A stretch of DNA of 63,970 nucleotides, filler included, from Olpidium bornovanus S191 (lineage: Eukaryota; Fungi; Olpidiomycota), in NCBI GenBank assembly GCA_017911155.1. It is 31 parts of 31 records of this genome, joined end to end, with 100 filler letters (N's around TTAATTAATTAA, not from the genome) between each part and the next. Parts side by side here need not be neighbours in the genome. Positions count along the whole stretch, not along the records: positions 1 to 1,619 come from JAEFCI010002323.1; positions 1,720 to 3,374 come from JAEFCI010008391.1; positions 3,475 to 5,500 come from JAEFCI010010979.1; positions 5,601 to 7,320 come from JAEFCI010002217.1; positions 7,421 to 9,121 come from JAEFCI010002508.1; positions 9,222 to 10,972 come from JAEFCI010003509.1; 25 more parts are not named here. One strand, 5' to 3'. The notes beneath the pieces were generated by a model. That model saw only the letters and a program-made list of their open reading frames with translations, was not told where the DNA came from and ran no database searches. A program made the position numbers and the translations under genes. Shown one piece after another: positions 1-11,072 of this stretch; positions within the stretch are counted from its first letter, which is position 1, and each line of letters begins with the position of its first letter.

Positions 1-1
1 C

Positions 2-1516
2 ATGGTCGGCACCGGCGTTGGGGCGCAGCTCGGCATCCTGATCAAAGGCGGAGCGGCCCTGCAGGCAGGACACGGGGTCACGAAGGTCGTTTTTGACAAA
101 ACCGGAACGCTGACGAAGGGGAAACTCGCCGTGAGCGACGTGCTGATGTTCGTGGCGGGCCCCGACGGTCTCGACGCGGTGCCCGTCGAAGACCTTCTCC
201 ACGACCAGAGCCGCCGGGGGGGTCGAATAACCTCGTTGAAGATTCCCGCATCTACCCTCCTCCACTCCGTCGGGGTCGCCGAACAGGACTCGGAACACCC
301 TTTGGGAAAAGCGATCACAGCGCACGTCCGCAAGCTCCTCGGGACCTCGTTCCTGGCGGGCGAAAACATCAAGTTTCTGGCTATTCCCGGGCAGGGCATC
401 CAGTGCCAGGTGAAGCTTCCGCCGGAGCTGCACACGCGGCCAATACATGTGCGAGTCGGAAACCTGGCCTACATCCGCGACCAGCAACGAGTGACCGTGC
501 CGGCGTCGGCAGTGGCGCTGCTGAAACGTCATTCGGCCGAGGGGAAGACGGTCGTGCTCTACGCCGTGGAAAGGGAGCTCGCCGCCATAGCGTGCCTGTC
601 AGATGCGCCCCGACGGGAGGCGAAAGAAGTGGTGAAGGAGCTGCGGAGAATGGGTATGGGGACGGCCATGATCACCGGCGACCAGGAATTGACCGCCCGC
701 GCCATCGCGCGGGCGGTAGGGATCACGGAGGTCTACGCGGGAGTCAGCCCGCGGGGCAAGACGGAGATTCTGAAAAGGCTGATGGTCGGCTTGCCCGGCC
801 TGCCCGATTCCGGCAAGGCCGAAGGCCAACCCTCCGCCGCCCGGAACGCGAAGCCCGAGAAGATCGCCTTTGTGGGCGACGGCGTCAACGATTCCCCGGC
901 GCTCGCGCTCGCGGACTGCGGCATCGCGGTCAGCAGCGGCGCCGACGTCGCGATGGAGTCGGCCGACATCGTGCTCGTCGCGCGGCGGCACGGCGAGGCC
1001 GAGGACGCGCTGGCGGACGTCGTCGTGGCGCTCGACCTTTCGCGGGCCATCTTCCGGCGGATCCGCTGGAACTTCGCGTGGGCTCTCGTGTACAACGCCG
1101 TGTTCATCCCCGTCGCCATGGGCCTCTTCCTCCCCTGGGGCGTCACGATGCACCCGATGCTCGCGGGCGCGGCGATGGCGTTCTCGAGCGTGAGCGTCGT
1201 GTGCTCTTCCCTCGCTCTCAGGCGATACAGGAAACCCGCGGTCCCCGCCGCCTTTCCCCCGGCCGCCGCCGCGGCCGCGGGAAATGGGACGGAGAAGGCC
1301 GCGCTGCTCGGGACGCCCGAGACCGGCGACATCTTCAAGTCCGCCGCGCTCGGCGCCGCCGACGGGGCCGCCGTGCCGCCGCCCAAACGGGGCGGCGGCG
1401 GGCTCTTGCGCCGCGCGGCCGAGAACGCGAAGGCGCTCCTCTGCCGTTGGCGGCGACCTCCGCCGAACAACGCGCGGTACAAGATCCTGCCGACGTCCTC
1501 GCCGGAGACGAGATGA
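2..1516 (+). CDS. CCC2: P1B-type copper-transporting ATPase, C-terminal half (5' truncated, single exon here)
   Basis: DKTGT phosphorylation motif, SEHPL, TGD, GDGVND, and the Cu-ATPase TM motifs YNAVFIP and MAFSSVSVV; stop at 1514-1516. Confidence 0.93.
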   Translation: MVGTGVGAQLGILIKGGAALQAGHGVTKVVFDKTGTLTKGKLAVSDVLMFVAGPDGLDAVPVEDLLHDQSRRGGRITSLKIPASTLLHSVGVAEQDSEHPLGKAITAHVRKLLGTSFLAGENIKFLAIPGQGIQCQVKLPPELHTRPIHVRVGNLAYIRDQQRVTVPASAVALLKRHSAEGKTVVLYAVERELAAIACLSDAPRREAKEVVKELRRMGMGTAMITGDQELTARAIARAVGITEVYAGVSPRGKTEILKRLMVGLPGLPDSGKAEGQPSAARNAKPEKIAFVGDGVNDSPALALADCGIAVSSGADVAMESADIVLVARRHGEAEDALADVVVALDLSRAIFRRIRWNFAWALVYNAVFIPVAMGLFLPWGVTMHPMLAGAAMAFSSVSVVCSSLALRRYRKPAVPAAFPPAAAAAAGNGTEKAALLGTPETGDIFKSAALGAADGAAVPPPKRGGGGLLRRAAENAKALLCRWRRPPPNNARYKILPTSSPETR

Positions 1517-1523
1517 AAAAACC

Positions 1524-1554
<31 letters not shown>

Positions 1555-1619
1555 AAAAAAAGGGGCCGGGGGGGGGGGTTGTTTTTTTTTTTTTTTTTTT
1601 TTCCCCCGAACCCCCCTCC

Positions 1620-1719
1620 NNNNNNNNNNNNNNNNNNNNNNNNNNNNNNNNNNNNNNNNNNNNTTAATTAATTAANNNNNNNNNNNNNNNNNNNNNNNNN
1701 NNNNNNNNNNNNNNNNNNN
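1620..1719. other. Artificial contig-joining spacer (first of 30)
   Basis: 44 N + TTAATTAATTAA + 44 N. The same 100-bp spacer starts at 3375, 5501, 7321, 9122, 10973, 12872, 15161, 17850, 19705, 22066, 25792, 27537, 29559, 31119, 32264, 33458, 36505, 42149, 44225, 46355, 48187, 50168, 51919, 54327, 55686, 56983, 59227, 61059 and 62805. Confidence 0.99.
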
Positions 1720-2370
1720 AGGTTCTTGTCGCCGCAGAAAGAGGCGGAGTTCCCAAACGATGGTCGAACGCCGCGATCGAGCGTCCAGGCTCGATGACTC
1801 AGAAATCGGCTGGGCTGATCCACTGGTAATGGAGCCCATGGTGATTTTCACAATGAACCACAAGCCCTGGATGCGGAAGCCCATTTGGCTTGCCGAGGGC
1901 GCTTACGAGGTCACCTTGCGGAACAGTTTGAAATGCCGGCTGGCGGCAAAAGTGCTCAAGCCAAGCTGGGCCCCTACGCCTGCCAGCGGCCTTTCCGTTG
2001 CGAAGGATGGCGGCTTACGGTTCGTTCAGGACTGTCAGCCGCCGGACGCGGTTACGATGCGCAACGCGCGGGTGTCGGGCCCGGTTGTCGATGGCTTCAT
2101 CGACGAGTCCGCGCTGCAGCAGAGAGTTTGTGCTGCGTGCGTGGCCTCCCCGGACGGACCCCCTCCCCGACACGGGGCCCCGGGAAGCGGGGCCGGGACG
2201 GGACCTGCCAAGGTGACGACCCGACCTCACCCGCAAAACGAACGCACGCTTGCGCCGCAACCGGAAACAACATCCCCTCCGAGAAATTAGCCTGCGGCGG
2301 AGTAGCAGCGCGAGGCGGCGACACCTCCTGACGCCCGGATCACCCGGCTCTGCGTGCCGCCGGACGGAGG
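1720..2370 (+). mobile_element. Degenerate Ty3/gypsy reverse transcriptase N-terminal relic
   Basis: EPMVIFTMNHKPWMRKPI...LAAKVLKPSW...KDGGLRFVQDCQPPDAVTMRNA...PVVDGFIDE parallels the fungal gypsy RT pattern PVVIPTVPHxPWxxKxIP...GVYEPS...KKDGxLRxVHDLQPLNAVTIRDA..P.VDEF. It decays after about 2140 and has no YxDD. Confidence 0.62.
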
Positions 2371-2377
2371 ACACAGC

Positions 2378-3306
2378 ATGGTGCTGAAGTGGCTTGGGAT
2401 GGTGAGCACGGCGGAACCCGCGTCGGAGAGGGGATGGGCGGACAATCACGCCTGAAAAGTGCTGCCGGCGGTCTGCGCACCCTCGTGCGGCGGTAACGTG
2501 GCGCGTCGTACTAACCGACGTCCTGGTCTCCGCCGTTTTGGCGCTTTCGGCTCTCGCCAACGTGCTCCACCACTCCTGGACGTCCACGTCCCCCCCCCCC
2601 CCCCCCCCCCCCCCCGCCCCCCCCCCCCCCCCCCCCCCCCCACGCAGTCGAGCCCGGGCAAAGCCCAAACCCCGGACGTGGCACAAGAGAACGAGAAATT
2701 TGAACGGTGCTTCGGCCTTGAGAACGTACGTGGCATACGCAAGGCCCACATCTTTCAGCGGAGTAGCAGCCGGCTCTGCCCGGATTCCTGCGTCGCACTT
2801 CGTCTTTCCCGGCGGGCCGAATCGTGCGAAGCGCAAACCGTCGTGCTGCGTCTCAACGCTCCTCTTTTTGTCGGCGCGCCAGTTCGGAAATACATGCTAC
2901 GCGAACTCCGTCTTGCAAGCGCTGTACTTTTGCCGGCCCTTCAGGGAATGTGTGACGACGCCCCAGATGATGGCGGGAGGCGTTCCGCCGTTTCTTTCAA
3001 CGAGCAGCGTGCAGTTTGCTGTCTCCGACAGCGCGGCCGGGTCGGCGTCGCGGAGCAAGGGAGGCTCCGTGCTCGGAAACTGGAAAGGGCTCTCCAAAGA
3101 ACATACTGCCAAAAGCGCGCCGGACGAGCTCGGGCGGGACCCGGGCGCCGCGGAAGATACGAAAGCCGCGGCGCGGCGGGCTTCGGCAAAGGCGGACAAC
3201 CTCTGCAACGCGCTCAGAGACCTTTTCTGCAAGATCAACTCGCAGAAAAAGTCGACCGGGGTGGTAGCTCCGACCCAATTCATTCAAAAACTGAAAACGG
3301 ACAACG
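2378..3306 (+). CDS. Ubiquitin C-terminal hydrolase, USP12/46 (CreB/Ubp9/13) family, 3' truncated
   Basis: Exons 2378-2401 (MVLKWLGM), 2648-2725 (..ERCFGLEN) and 2883-3306 (FGNTCYANSVLQALYFC...LRDLFCKINSQKKSTGVVAPTQFIQKLK), with GT-AG introns. The Cys box GLENFGNTCY is rebuilt across an intron. Confidence 0.9.
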
Positions 3307-3474
3307 GTATGGGAAGCAGTTGCGGCGCTTCCAGAATGCGCCTGATTCGAGTGGGCCCACACGGTTTTCGCATGNNNNNNNNNNNNNNNNNNNNNNNNNN
3401 NNNNNNNNNNNNNNNNNNTTAATTAATTAANNNNNNNNNNNNNNNNNNNNNNNNNNNNNNNNNNNNNNNNNNNN

Positions 3475-4804
3475 GGCGTGTTCATTAAAGTTCCAAAGGT
3501 GCCTCCGAGAGCACCGGCGGCGAAGTTGACAGCCAGCTGTCCCTGCTTGGTCTAAGACGTTTAAAATCACGTCGAAAACAGAGAAAGACATCATGAGCCA
3601 GTCTTTCGAAGGGGGGGGGGGGGGGGAAAAAAAAAAAGAGCTGCGCGGTGCCGTGTCACAGGGCCAGTGGCGATCGGTACCCACTTCCGCCTCGGGAAGG
3701 TTAGACCGGATTGTATGGATTATGCCGAAGTATCCCCCACTCCACACCGAATGCCGCCACGCGGTCGCTTCCAGGCCACGGAAGAATCCGAGCGGACCTA
3801 ACGACAACAGCCTGTCAGAAGCCGGCGGCGGCCCGCAGCACCATCGTTTCGGCTGGCTCCGGTAAACCAAAACGCCGTAACCGTCCCTCCCCGTGCTCCA
3901 CACCTTCCGCGCGGTAGATCTTCTTGATGCAGTCAAAGGTGCCGTTGTACAGCCCGACGTTGTTTTTGTCCTGCATGCGAATCTTGATGAGCTCGAAGCT
4001 GGTGACGAGCATGGCCTCGGTGAGACCGGCGCTGACGCCCGTGAGCACAGAGAGGTAGGGCGTGGGTTTGTCGAGCTTCAGCAGGCGCATGTACAGCTGT
4101 TGGAATTGCTCGTTCGCTGCAAACTTGGTAGCTCTTTTGGGCGCCTCGACGAGGACCGGGGCCAGCATTCCCCGGTACAAGCTGCCCACCCTACACGACG
4201 TTGAGGGAAATCATTTATAAGACAGCGCGTAACGCCCCGCCTCAACTTCGCCGCCCGGCGAAACAAGATTACAGGCCGACCCCTCAGTTTTGATGATCTT
4301 CCTGAAGCAGTCGACGATCGACGAGTAGCCGTTCGCCTCTCCAGTCACCTGCAGCTGAAAACGCGTCTTGACGACTGCGGGACAGAAGGACGCGTCTAAG
4401 CAATTCTGCGGGCAGCCAAAACGACATCGCACTTGAGAGAATCGGAAACCGGCGGCCGCAGGCACGTCGGACGCCTCCTTTCTTCCCCCCTTTCCCCCGA
4501 TGACTCTCACCGTCAAGCGGGTACATAAAGCAGATCTCGGTTCCCCCCGCGATCGCTCCGGCGGTGAACTGGTAGGAGAACGGCAGCGGAGCTTCCGGAC
4601 GGTGCGAGACGAGAGGAACGGAAGGTTAAATGAAAGAAAAAAAAAGGCTTTGCCCCCTCAGCGGGCGGCGGGAGGGAGGGAGGGAGTGAAAAAGCGACGC
4701 CTACCGACGGCGGCATTCTTGCGCGGCACGGCGGCCGGGGCGGCGACGGGGTCGGTGGAGACGGCCGGGGTCAGCACGGACGGGGCAGCCTTGTGAGCGA
4801 ACAT
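3475..4804 (-). CDS. ODC1: Mitochondrial 2-oxodicarboxylate carrier (SLC25A21/ODC type), 3' truncated
   Basis: Six exons (4804-4705, 4591-4511, 4374-4281, 4190-3904, 3797-3685, 3551-3475) give PLPFSYQFTAGAIAG..MYPLDVVKTRFQ, LYRG..P..VEAPKRATKF, FELIKIRMQ, WRHSVWSGGYFG and NFAAGALGGTFGTLMNTP. Confidence 0.9.
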
Positions 4805-5363
4805 GACGGGAGGCGCGCTTTTCACGTTCGGGAGTGAGGAGAGAAAACGGGCGGCGACAGGCGGCAGGGCAAGGGAGCAAAAAAGCGGAGCGCGACGTAT
4901 CCCTCTCTCTCTCTCTCTCTCTCTTCCTCTCTCTCTCTCTACGCGCGACGGACGGACGGACGACGCGCCCGACACGGAAAAAAAGAACAAGAGGAGCGGA
5001 GATGCGCCCGCTGCCACGACGCCACGCCGCCTCCGCGGGAAAGCGAGAGAGGGAGGGAAAGAGGGAGCAGAGTAAGAGTCGGCCAGCAGAGAGAGAGAAA
5101 GAGAAAGAGAGAGTGACAACAGGGCGGCGCCGCCCTGCGGCCTTCGCCCCTTATCTCGCCCTCCCGCCCGCCGGCCGGCTTGCCCGCCGCTTCACAAAAC
5201 GACCTCCTGTTTTTGCCTTTTCCGGAACTGGGGGCGGCGCTTCTCCAGGTCCGCGCTCTCTCGGGAAAAAAAAAAAAAAAAAAAAAAAAACAACCAAAAA
5301 ACCGCCGGACGGAAGGAGAGACAGAGAGAGAGAGAGAGCGAGAGAGAAACGGACGAGAGAGAG

Positions 5364-5397
<34 letters not shown>

Positions 5398-5983
5398 AGA
5401 CGGAGAGAACCAGGAATATCCGCCCTCTTCCCCCCTTTCCCACGGCCCGATTCCGCGCCAAAAACAACCAACCAAAAAAAAAAAAAAAAAAAAAAAAAAA
5501 NNNNNNNNNNNNNNNNNNNNNNNNNNNNNNNNNNNNNNNNNNNNTTAATTAATTAANNNNNNNNNNNNNNNNNNNNNNNNNNNNNNNNNNNNNNNNNNNN
5601 CATGCTCTTGATTTATAAACCGCGGTGTTGGCGTGTACAAGGAAGACAAACGGGTGGATGAGCGCCACCAAGCTAGTTCAACCGCCTCCCCTCGCGTAAA
5701 TCTGGTTTTCCCGCGACGGCTCGAAGAACCGTCGCTACCCCACGGGGGGGACGGTCTCACTAGCTTTTAGGCAGCGACAACGTTGAGCACCCCCGTATTT
5801 AAGGGCCGCCGCAAGAGGGCTTCGATGAATCCAAGGAGGAGCCCCTCGTGGTCTTTGAGCCTTCCTCCGAGTGCAGGCCCACCGTCGCTCAAGCCATCTC
5901 GGTCTCTTGGGAAGAGCCGGGCCGGGCCGCCACCGGTGCTGGTCGACGAGTCCACAACCTCCTTCCCGCCCCCTTCCCTCTTT

Positions 5984-6037
<54 letters not shown>

Positions 6038-6066
6038 CCCACTCCCCCCCACCGCCCCGACGCCCC

Positions 6067-7302
6067 TCACGCGGACTTGCGCACGGCCGCGGGCGGCCGC
6101 GGCTTCGACCGGACGTTCGGCGACCACACGTACAGGATGCGGTTCGGCGTCTGCGACTCGGGCAGGATGGCTTGGATGCGCCCCGCCGTCGTGTGGTTGT
6201 ACAGCAGGTCCTTGAGCGTGTGCGGGGCGTACCAGAACTTGGACAGGGCCAGCGCCATCCTGGCGTGGAAAGAGTGGGGGGTGGAAATAAGAAAAACGAA
6301 AAATCAAAAAAATGCACATCCCGTGTCGAATGGGGGTGGTATGGGAAAGAAAGAGAGAGCGAGAAAGAGAGAGTGCGAAAGACAGAGAGGGAGATAAAAT
6401 GAGAGAACAAGAATTATTTTTTTGTTTTGCTCATTTGCGCACGCGATTTTTATTTTTCATTTTTTTTCTTTTTGGTCTCCTTCTCGCGTGCCCCGCTTCG
6501 CATAAAATTGAAATAAAACAAAAATCACAACTCACATGCCGGCTGCGTGCGGACTCGCCATCGAGGTTCCGCTCGATTAGGGAAACCAAAAAAATGAAGA
6601 TAAAATAAACAATAAATAAGTAAAATAAAATAAAATAAAGATAATATAAAATAATTAGATAAATAAAAATATAAAAGCGAAAAATGAAAAAAATGAGACG
6701 CAAGAAAATAAAACAGAAAAATAAAAGATAAATAATAAAAGGATAAAAAGTTTAAAATAAAAGATTATAATTAAAAAAAATAAAAATACAAAAATAAAAA
6801 AATAAATATAAATTTTAATTAATAAAATAAAAATTAAAATAAAATTGATTATAAAAAAACAAAACAATAAAACAATAAAAAACATTGAAAGATAAAAATA
6901 AAAAAATAAAAAATAAAAAATAAAAAATAACAGAAAAAAAACGGCTCCGCGGGTTTAGCATGCGCGGAGGGCCCGAATGTTGTACAATGAGAGAAGGCGG
7001 GCGGGAGACGAGACGGGGCTCACCTCAGAGTCACCAGATCGCTGGTCCCGAGGTAGTCCGCGCTTAGAATGTTTTCGCCGGGCGCGAAGAGCGAGAGGCA
7101 AGGCCCGTAGTTGCTCCACGGTTTGACGTCGTCGTATGCCCCCACGGCCCCGACGGACACCACCCCGTTGGCGCTGGCCGGGCTGAAACCGCAGGCGTCC
7201 ATGCCGTTGTTACCGGCCGCCACTGTGAAGTGGATGCCAGCCGCAATGGCGGTCTCGATCGCGCGGTTGACCGAAACGACTCGCGGGCCGCCGATGCTGA
7301 TG
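6067..7302 (-). CDS. Subtilisin-like S8 serine protease (proteinase K type), C-terminal part
   Basis: Exons 7302-7024 (ISIGG..AAGNNGMDACGFSPASA..SNYGPCLSLFAPGENI), 6571-6536 (SGTSMASPHAAG with the catalytic Ser) and 6259-6067, all in phase with GT-AG introns. Confidence 0.92.
6590..6940. repeat. Extremely AT-rich low-complexity intron tract with (AAAAAAT)n
   Basis: About 350 nt of almost only A and T inside intron 6572-7023. Confidence 0.9.
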
Positions 7303-9072
7303 CTGCAGGCGAGGAGTGGANNNNNNNNNNNNNNNNNNNNNNNNNNNNNNNNNNNNNNNNNNNNTTAATTAATTAANNNNNNNNNNNNNNNNNNNNNNNN
7401 NNNNNNNNNNNNNNNNNNNNCCCCCCCGCATCCCACCCAGCACACACACCCCACCCCCGCGCACGCGCCCCACCTTTTTCCTCCTGACTCGTGACTCGGG
7501 ACTCGGGACTCCCGGAGTCGCCTCGGGCACGCGCGCCCCGAGGGTTCCCGCCTTTGCCGGCGGCCAGTCCGATCGAAAAAAAAAAAAAAAAAAAACATAC
7601 TAGAAACCCACGTGCCAGACAGCGCGTTGTCCAGGGGCTGCCCTCGCTTCCCGCTCTTCGCCTGAGAAGAGCGGGGGGCCGGGGCGGTTGACCAGCCTCA
7701 CATGGATATCGTGTTCACGTGCCGTGGAAGAGCGCACGACCCTCTCGTCGTCTCCGGGCGAATGATCGTGGCAGTCACGGACCGGTGGGGCAACCCAAGT
7801 CGTGCATGCATTCTGTAGCTGCGCGTCGCGCATGCCATGTCCGGCGGCACATTAACTGTGAAAGGCCTTTGGTTTTCTTTTATTTGGTCTCGAAAAAGAT
7901 ACCCCGCGCTCTTTTGGTCTTTTTTGGCGTGGGTTTCGGCTTCGAGCGCTTCGGAGCCTGTACTCTGCTGTTACGGGGAGGTACTGAGCGCCAAACGGGA
8001 CGGAACCGGTCAGATGTTTTTCTTAAAAAGATCAAACCTTTGGCGACTGCTTTAAACGGTCGAGAAACGGTCGTCCTGGTGAATCCTTAAAAAACCGGGT
8101 AACCATCGGTACCTCGCGCTTCGTGGCAGGGCACGGTTTGATATTTGTCAAATTGTCCTCGCTCAGTTTCACCGTTGCCCCCGATTTGCGGGAACGCCGC
8201 CGCTGCTGTCGACGTTACTACGCCCCGCCTCTTTTGCCGGCGTTGCGGTTCAGAGCGCGGATGTTTTCAGGCGAACACAAAGGTACACGGTACCGGGTGG
8301 TTGGCGGTGTGGCAACGAAACGAGACGGTGGCGCACTTTGTCGGCCTGGGTGAGGCCTGGCTGAGAGGAATGAAGGCGAGCCAAGCGAGCGTCCGTCCAC
8401 CCCTGGTTTGGTTTCCCGCGGCTCTTTTCGGTCGCGCGCCATCTACCTGGATCTGGCCCCCGTTTTCCGGAGGCCAGCCCTAAACACGGGGAAAGTAGGG
8501 GGGAGGGGAAGGTTGGCCAGACTGCACCGCCTCAATCATTCTCCAAACAAATCCGGGAATTTCGCCCCGGATTGTAAAGAATTTTTTGGAAAAACCGCTC
8601 CGTCTGGGGTTCGGGATTTTTGCCCTGGGCGGGAAGGGGAGGACTCTTGGTTTTTCCGCAGGCGCCTCGGGGAGCGTTGATATATGCGCGGCGTACAGGT
8701 GGACGGTTCACAATGCACAACTGACGACTTCGCGGCGCATCAATCGGAGCCGAGATATCATAAACTCCTCAGCTAAAAATGACTCTACAAAATTATATCC
8801 TGATGCCAAATGAAAGATCTCTCAAACCCGGCCGCTGCCTCTGAGGGAGCGAAGTTCGCCGAGAGTGGTGAATTTTTCTGGTAAACGCCGCACCCGAATG
8901 GTCGTTCGGAAAGGAAATACCCCCCTGACGGGCTTTTTATTCGTCGGCCTCTCAGATCTCAATGCCTGGCCTTTTCGACCTTGCAAAATGTAAGCTTTCC
9001 CCTCTGATCTGTAAGGGCGACTGTGGGTATGTCCCATTCCGGCGTAGTAGCCCATTTGCCTGCCGCACCCTC

Positions 9073-9111
<39 letters not shown>

Positions 9112-9254
9112 AACAGGGGGANNNNNNNNNNNNNNNNNNNNNNNNNNNNNNNNNNNNNNNNNNNNTTAATTAATTAANNNNNNNNNNNNNNNNNNNNNNN
9201 NNNNNNNNNNNNNNNNNNNNNCCCGCCATCGAAACGAGGTTGCGCATTATACGT

Positions 9255-10532
9255 TCAAGAAACCTTGTGGCCGCCCTCTGCGGATTTCCTCCTGCGGTGT
9301 AGTTTCTCCGTCGTCAGAACAATTGCCCGGTTGGCCGCGACGGCCACGTCGTGAGCGACGGATTTTGCTCGCGCCCGAAGGCCGAAATGCGGACGCTTGT
9401 CCAGCATCGCTGTCATGATGCCCTTCGGCTTCGCCGGGGCCGAAGATGAGGCGCAGTCCGTCGATCTGTCGTGCTCCTTGCTGCCGCCGAACACGGGGTC
9501 ATTTGCCCACCATGCCCACGCCGCGGACGCCGCGCGGCGGGCTGTTCCCGCGGCGGGCGTCGACGCCAACCAAGACCGCGCCCTGACGACGGGCGGCGCA
9601 CCCCACGCGATGGCGGCCGAACCCCCGAGGAAAATCGCGGAGCGCGGGAAGGCGAAGACCGCCGTCCAACCGAGGCTCCACAGCGGATACGCCACGCAGG
9701 CTGAGCGCAGGGCGAGGGAGGACTTTCGAGGGTCGCGCCAGGCGAACACGGCCTGGGCCTCTCGTACCGCGTCGCCGAGCGGCGCGAGGTTCTTGGTCAA
9801 GTTTATCAAGCGCTGAGCTCGGTCCTTCGACACGCCCGGGATGAACAGCTTCGTGAGGCTCTTTTCGCGGGGGGCAGGGCTGGTGTCCTCCTCGGGCCGC
9901 TCCGGCGCGTTCGGCGATGCCCACCCGAACACCAGAACGCCGACGAAAGCCAGGAACGGGCCTCGCACGACGACGTCCCAGAGCGTGACCCAGCAACAGG
10001 CGGCCAGGTACACGACCCAGGACGTGGCGGTGGCGGGCACGCTCCGCCAGGATAGCACGTAGGCGACGGCGTCGAGCGCCGTCAGCAGCGGCGAAGCGAT
10101 GGCGAGCAGCGGGAGCGACCTCACGGGCAGGGCCGCGAGGTTCTCCACGAATTCGACCTTGGAGTGCAGCGGGGAGTGCTCCGCGGCGGCGGCCTGGACG
10201 GGAGAGCGGCGCGAACGTCGCGAGGACGCGTCGGACGCTTCGCTCGAAGCGGGAGAGCCGGCGCGGGCGGCCGGGGTTGGCGGCCAAGTGGCGTCCCCGG
10301 ACGGTGGTTCCGTCGGCTCCACGGCCGCAGGGCAGCGGTGTCGGGCGGGGGGAAGGTCGGCATGCCGGGGGGCGGCGACGGCGATGGCGGCGGCGGCTGC
10401 GGTGGCGGCGGCGGCGGCGACCTTGAGGTCGGGAGCGGCGTGCGGCGGGTGCAGGGGCCTGGGCGGCAGCGGCGGCGGAGGCGGGGCCGCGGGACACGGG
10501 CTTCCGCCCGGCACGCCGTGATCATCGACCAT
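9255..10532 (-). CDS. Probable Pex24/Pex30-family peroxin-like membrane protein (reticulon-like domain)
   Basis: ORF from MVDDHG, with two hydrophobic hairpins each preceded by a W motif (VLSWRSVPAT, VFAWRDPRKS). The 3' end may continue through an intron beyond the contig. Confidence 0.55.
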   Translation of the reverse strand: MVDDHGVPGGSPCPAAPPPPPLPPRPLHPPHAAPDLKVAAAAATAAAAAIAVAAPRHADLPPARHRCPAAVEPTEPPSGDATWPPTPAARAGSPASSEASDASSRRSRRSPVQAAAAEHSPLHSKVEFVENLAALPVRSLPLLAIASPLLTALDAVAYVLSWRSVPATATSWVVYLAACCWVTLWDVVVRGPFLAFVGVLVFGWASPNAPERPEEDTSPAPREKSLTKLFIPGVSKDRAQRLINLTKNLAPLGDAVREAQAVFAWRDPRKSSLALRSACVAYPLWSLGWTAVFAFPRSAIFLGGSAAIAWGAPPVVRARSWLASTPAAGTARRAASAAWAWWANDPVFGGSKEHDRSTDCASSSAPAKPKGIMTAMLDKRPHFGLRARAKSVAHDVAVAANRAIVLTTEKLHRRRKSAEGGHKVS

Positions 10533-10830
10533 CGCGCGGCCGACTGGGCTCGGGGCCGGGCTCGAGTCGGAGAAACGTTTTTCAGAGTTTTTTTTTTTTT
10601 TTTTTTTTTCTCTCTCAGGAATGGAAAATTTCTCGGGCAGGACAGCCCACCAGCCGGCCTCCCGCACCCTCCCCCCCCCGCACACTCGGCACACCCTCTC
10701 CACCCCCCGCCATCGGGCCCCTTTCCCCCGTTTCACACCCCGCGCGAAGCCGCCACCCCTCCCCATCGAACCCCCCCCTCCTCCCCTCGCCCCCCCGTTC
10801 GTCCCCGTCCATCTCTTCTCTGTCTCTGTG

Positions 10831-10906
<76 letters not shown>

Positions 10907-11072
10907 TTCGGCGGCACCGCGCGACCCGGCTTCTTATTTTTTTTAAAAGAAGATTAAGGCAGCGGAAAGCGANNNNNNNNNNNNNNNNNNNNNNNNNNNN
11001 NNNNNNNNNNNNNNNNTTAATTAATTAANNNNNNNNNNNNNNNNNNNNNNNNNNNNNNNNNNNNNNNNNNNN

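Noticed and set aside
403-1671. Many long overlapping Arg/Gly/Pro/Ala-rich ORFs in the track (e.g. 403-1671, 599-1525, 9499-10497, 29782-30633, 61410-62513)
   Set aside because: These are shadow frames of GC-rich genes or homopolymer read-through into N spacers.
1664-1675. Repeated TTAATTAATTAA palindrome as a biological site
   Set aside because: It always sits centred in 88 N, so it is a synthetic six-frame-stop linker.
7421-9121. Contig with no recognisable gene; Sm-site-like AATTTTTCTGG at about 8870 and a possible first exon MPGLFDLAK at about 8962
   Set aside because: No U1/U2/U4/U5/U6 signature, and too little coding evidence to call.
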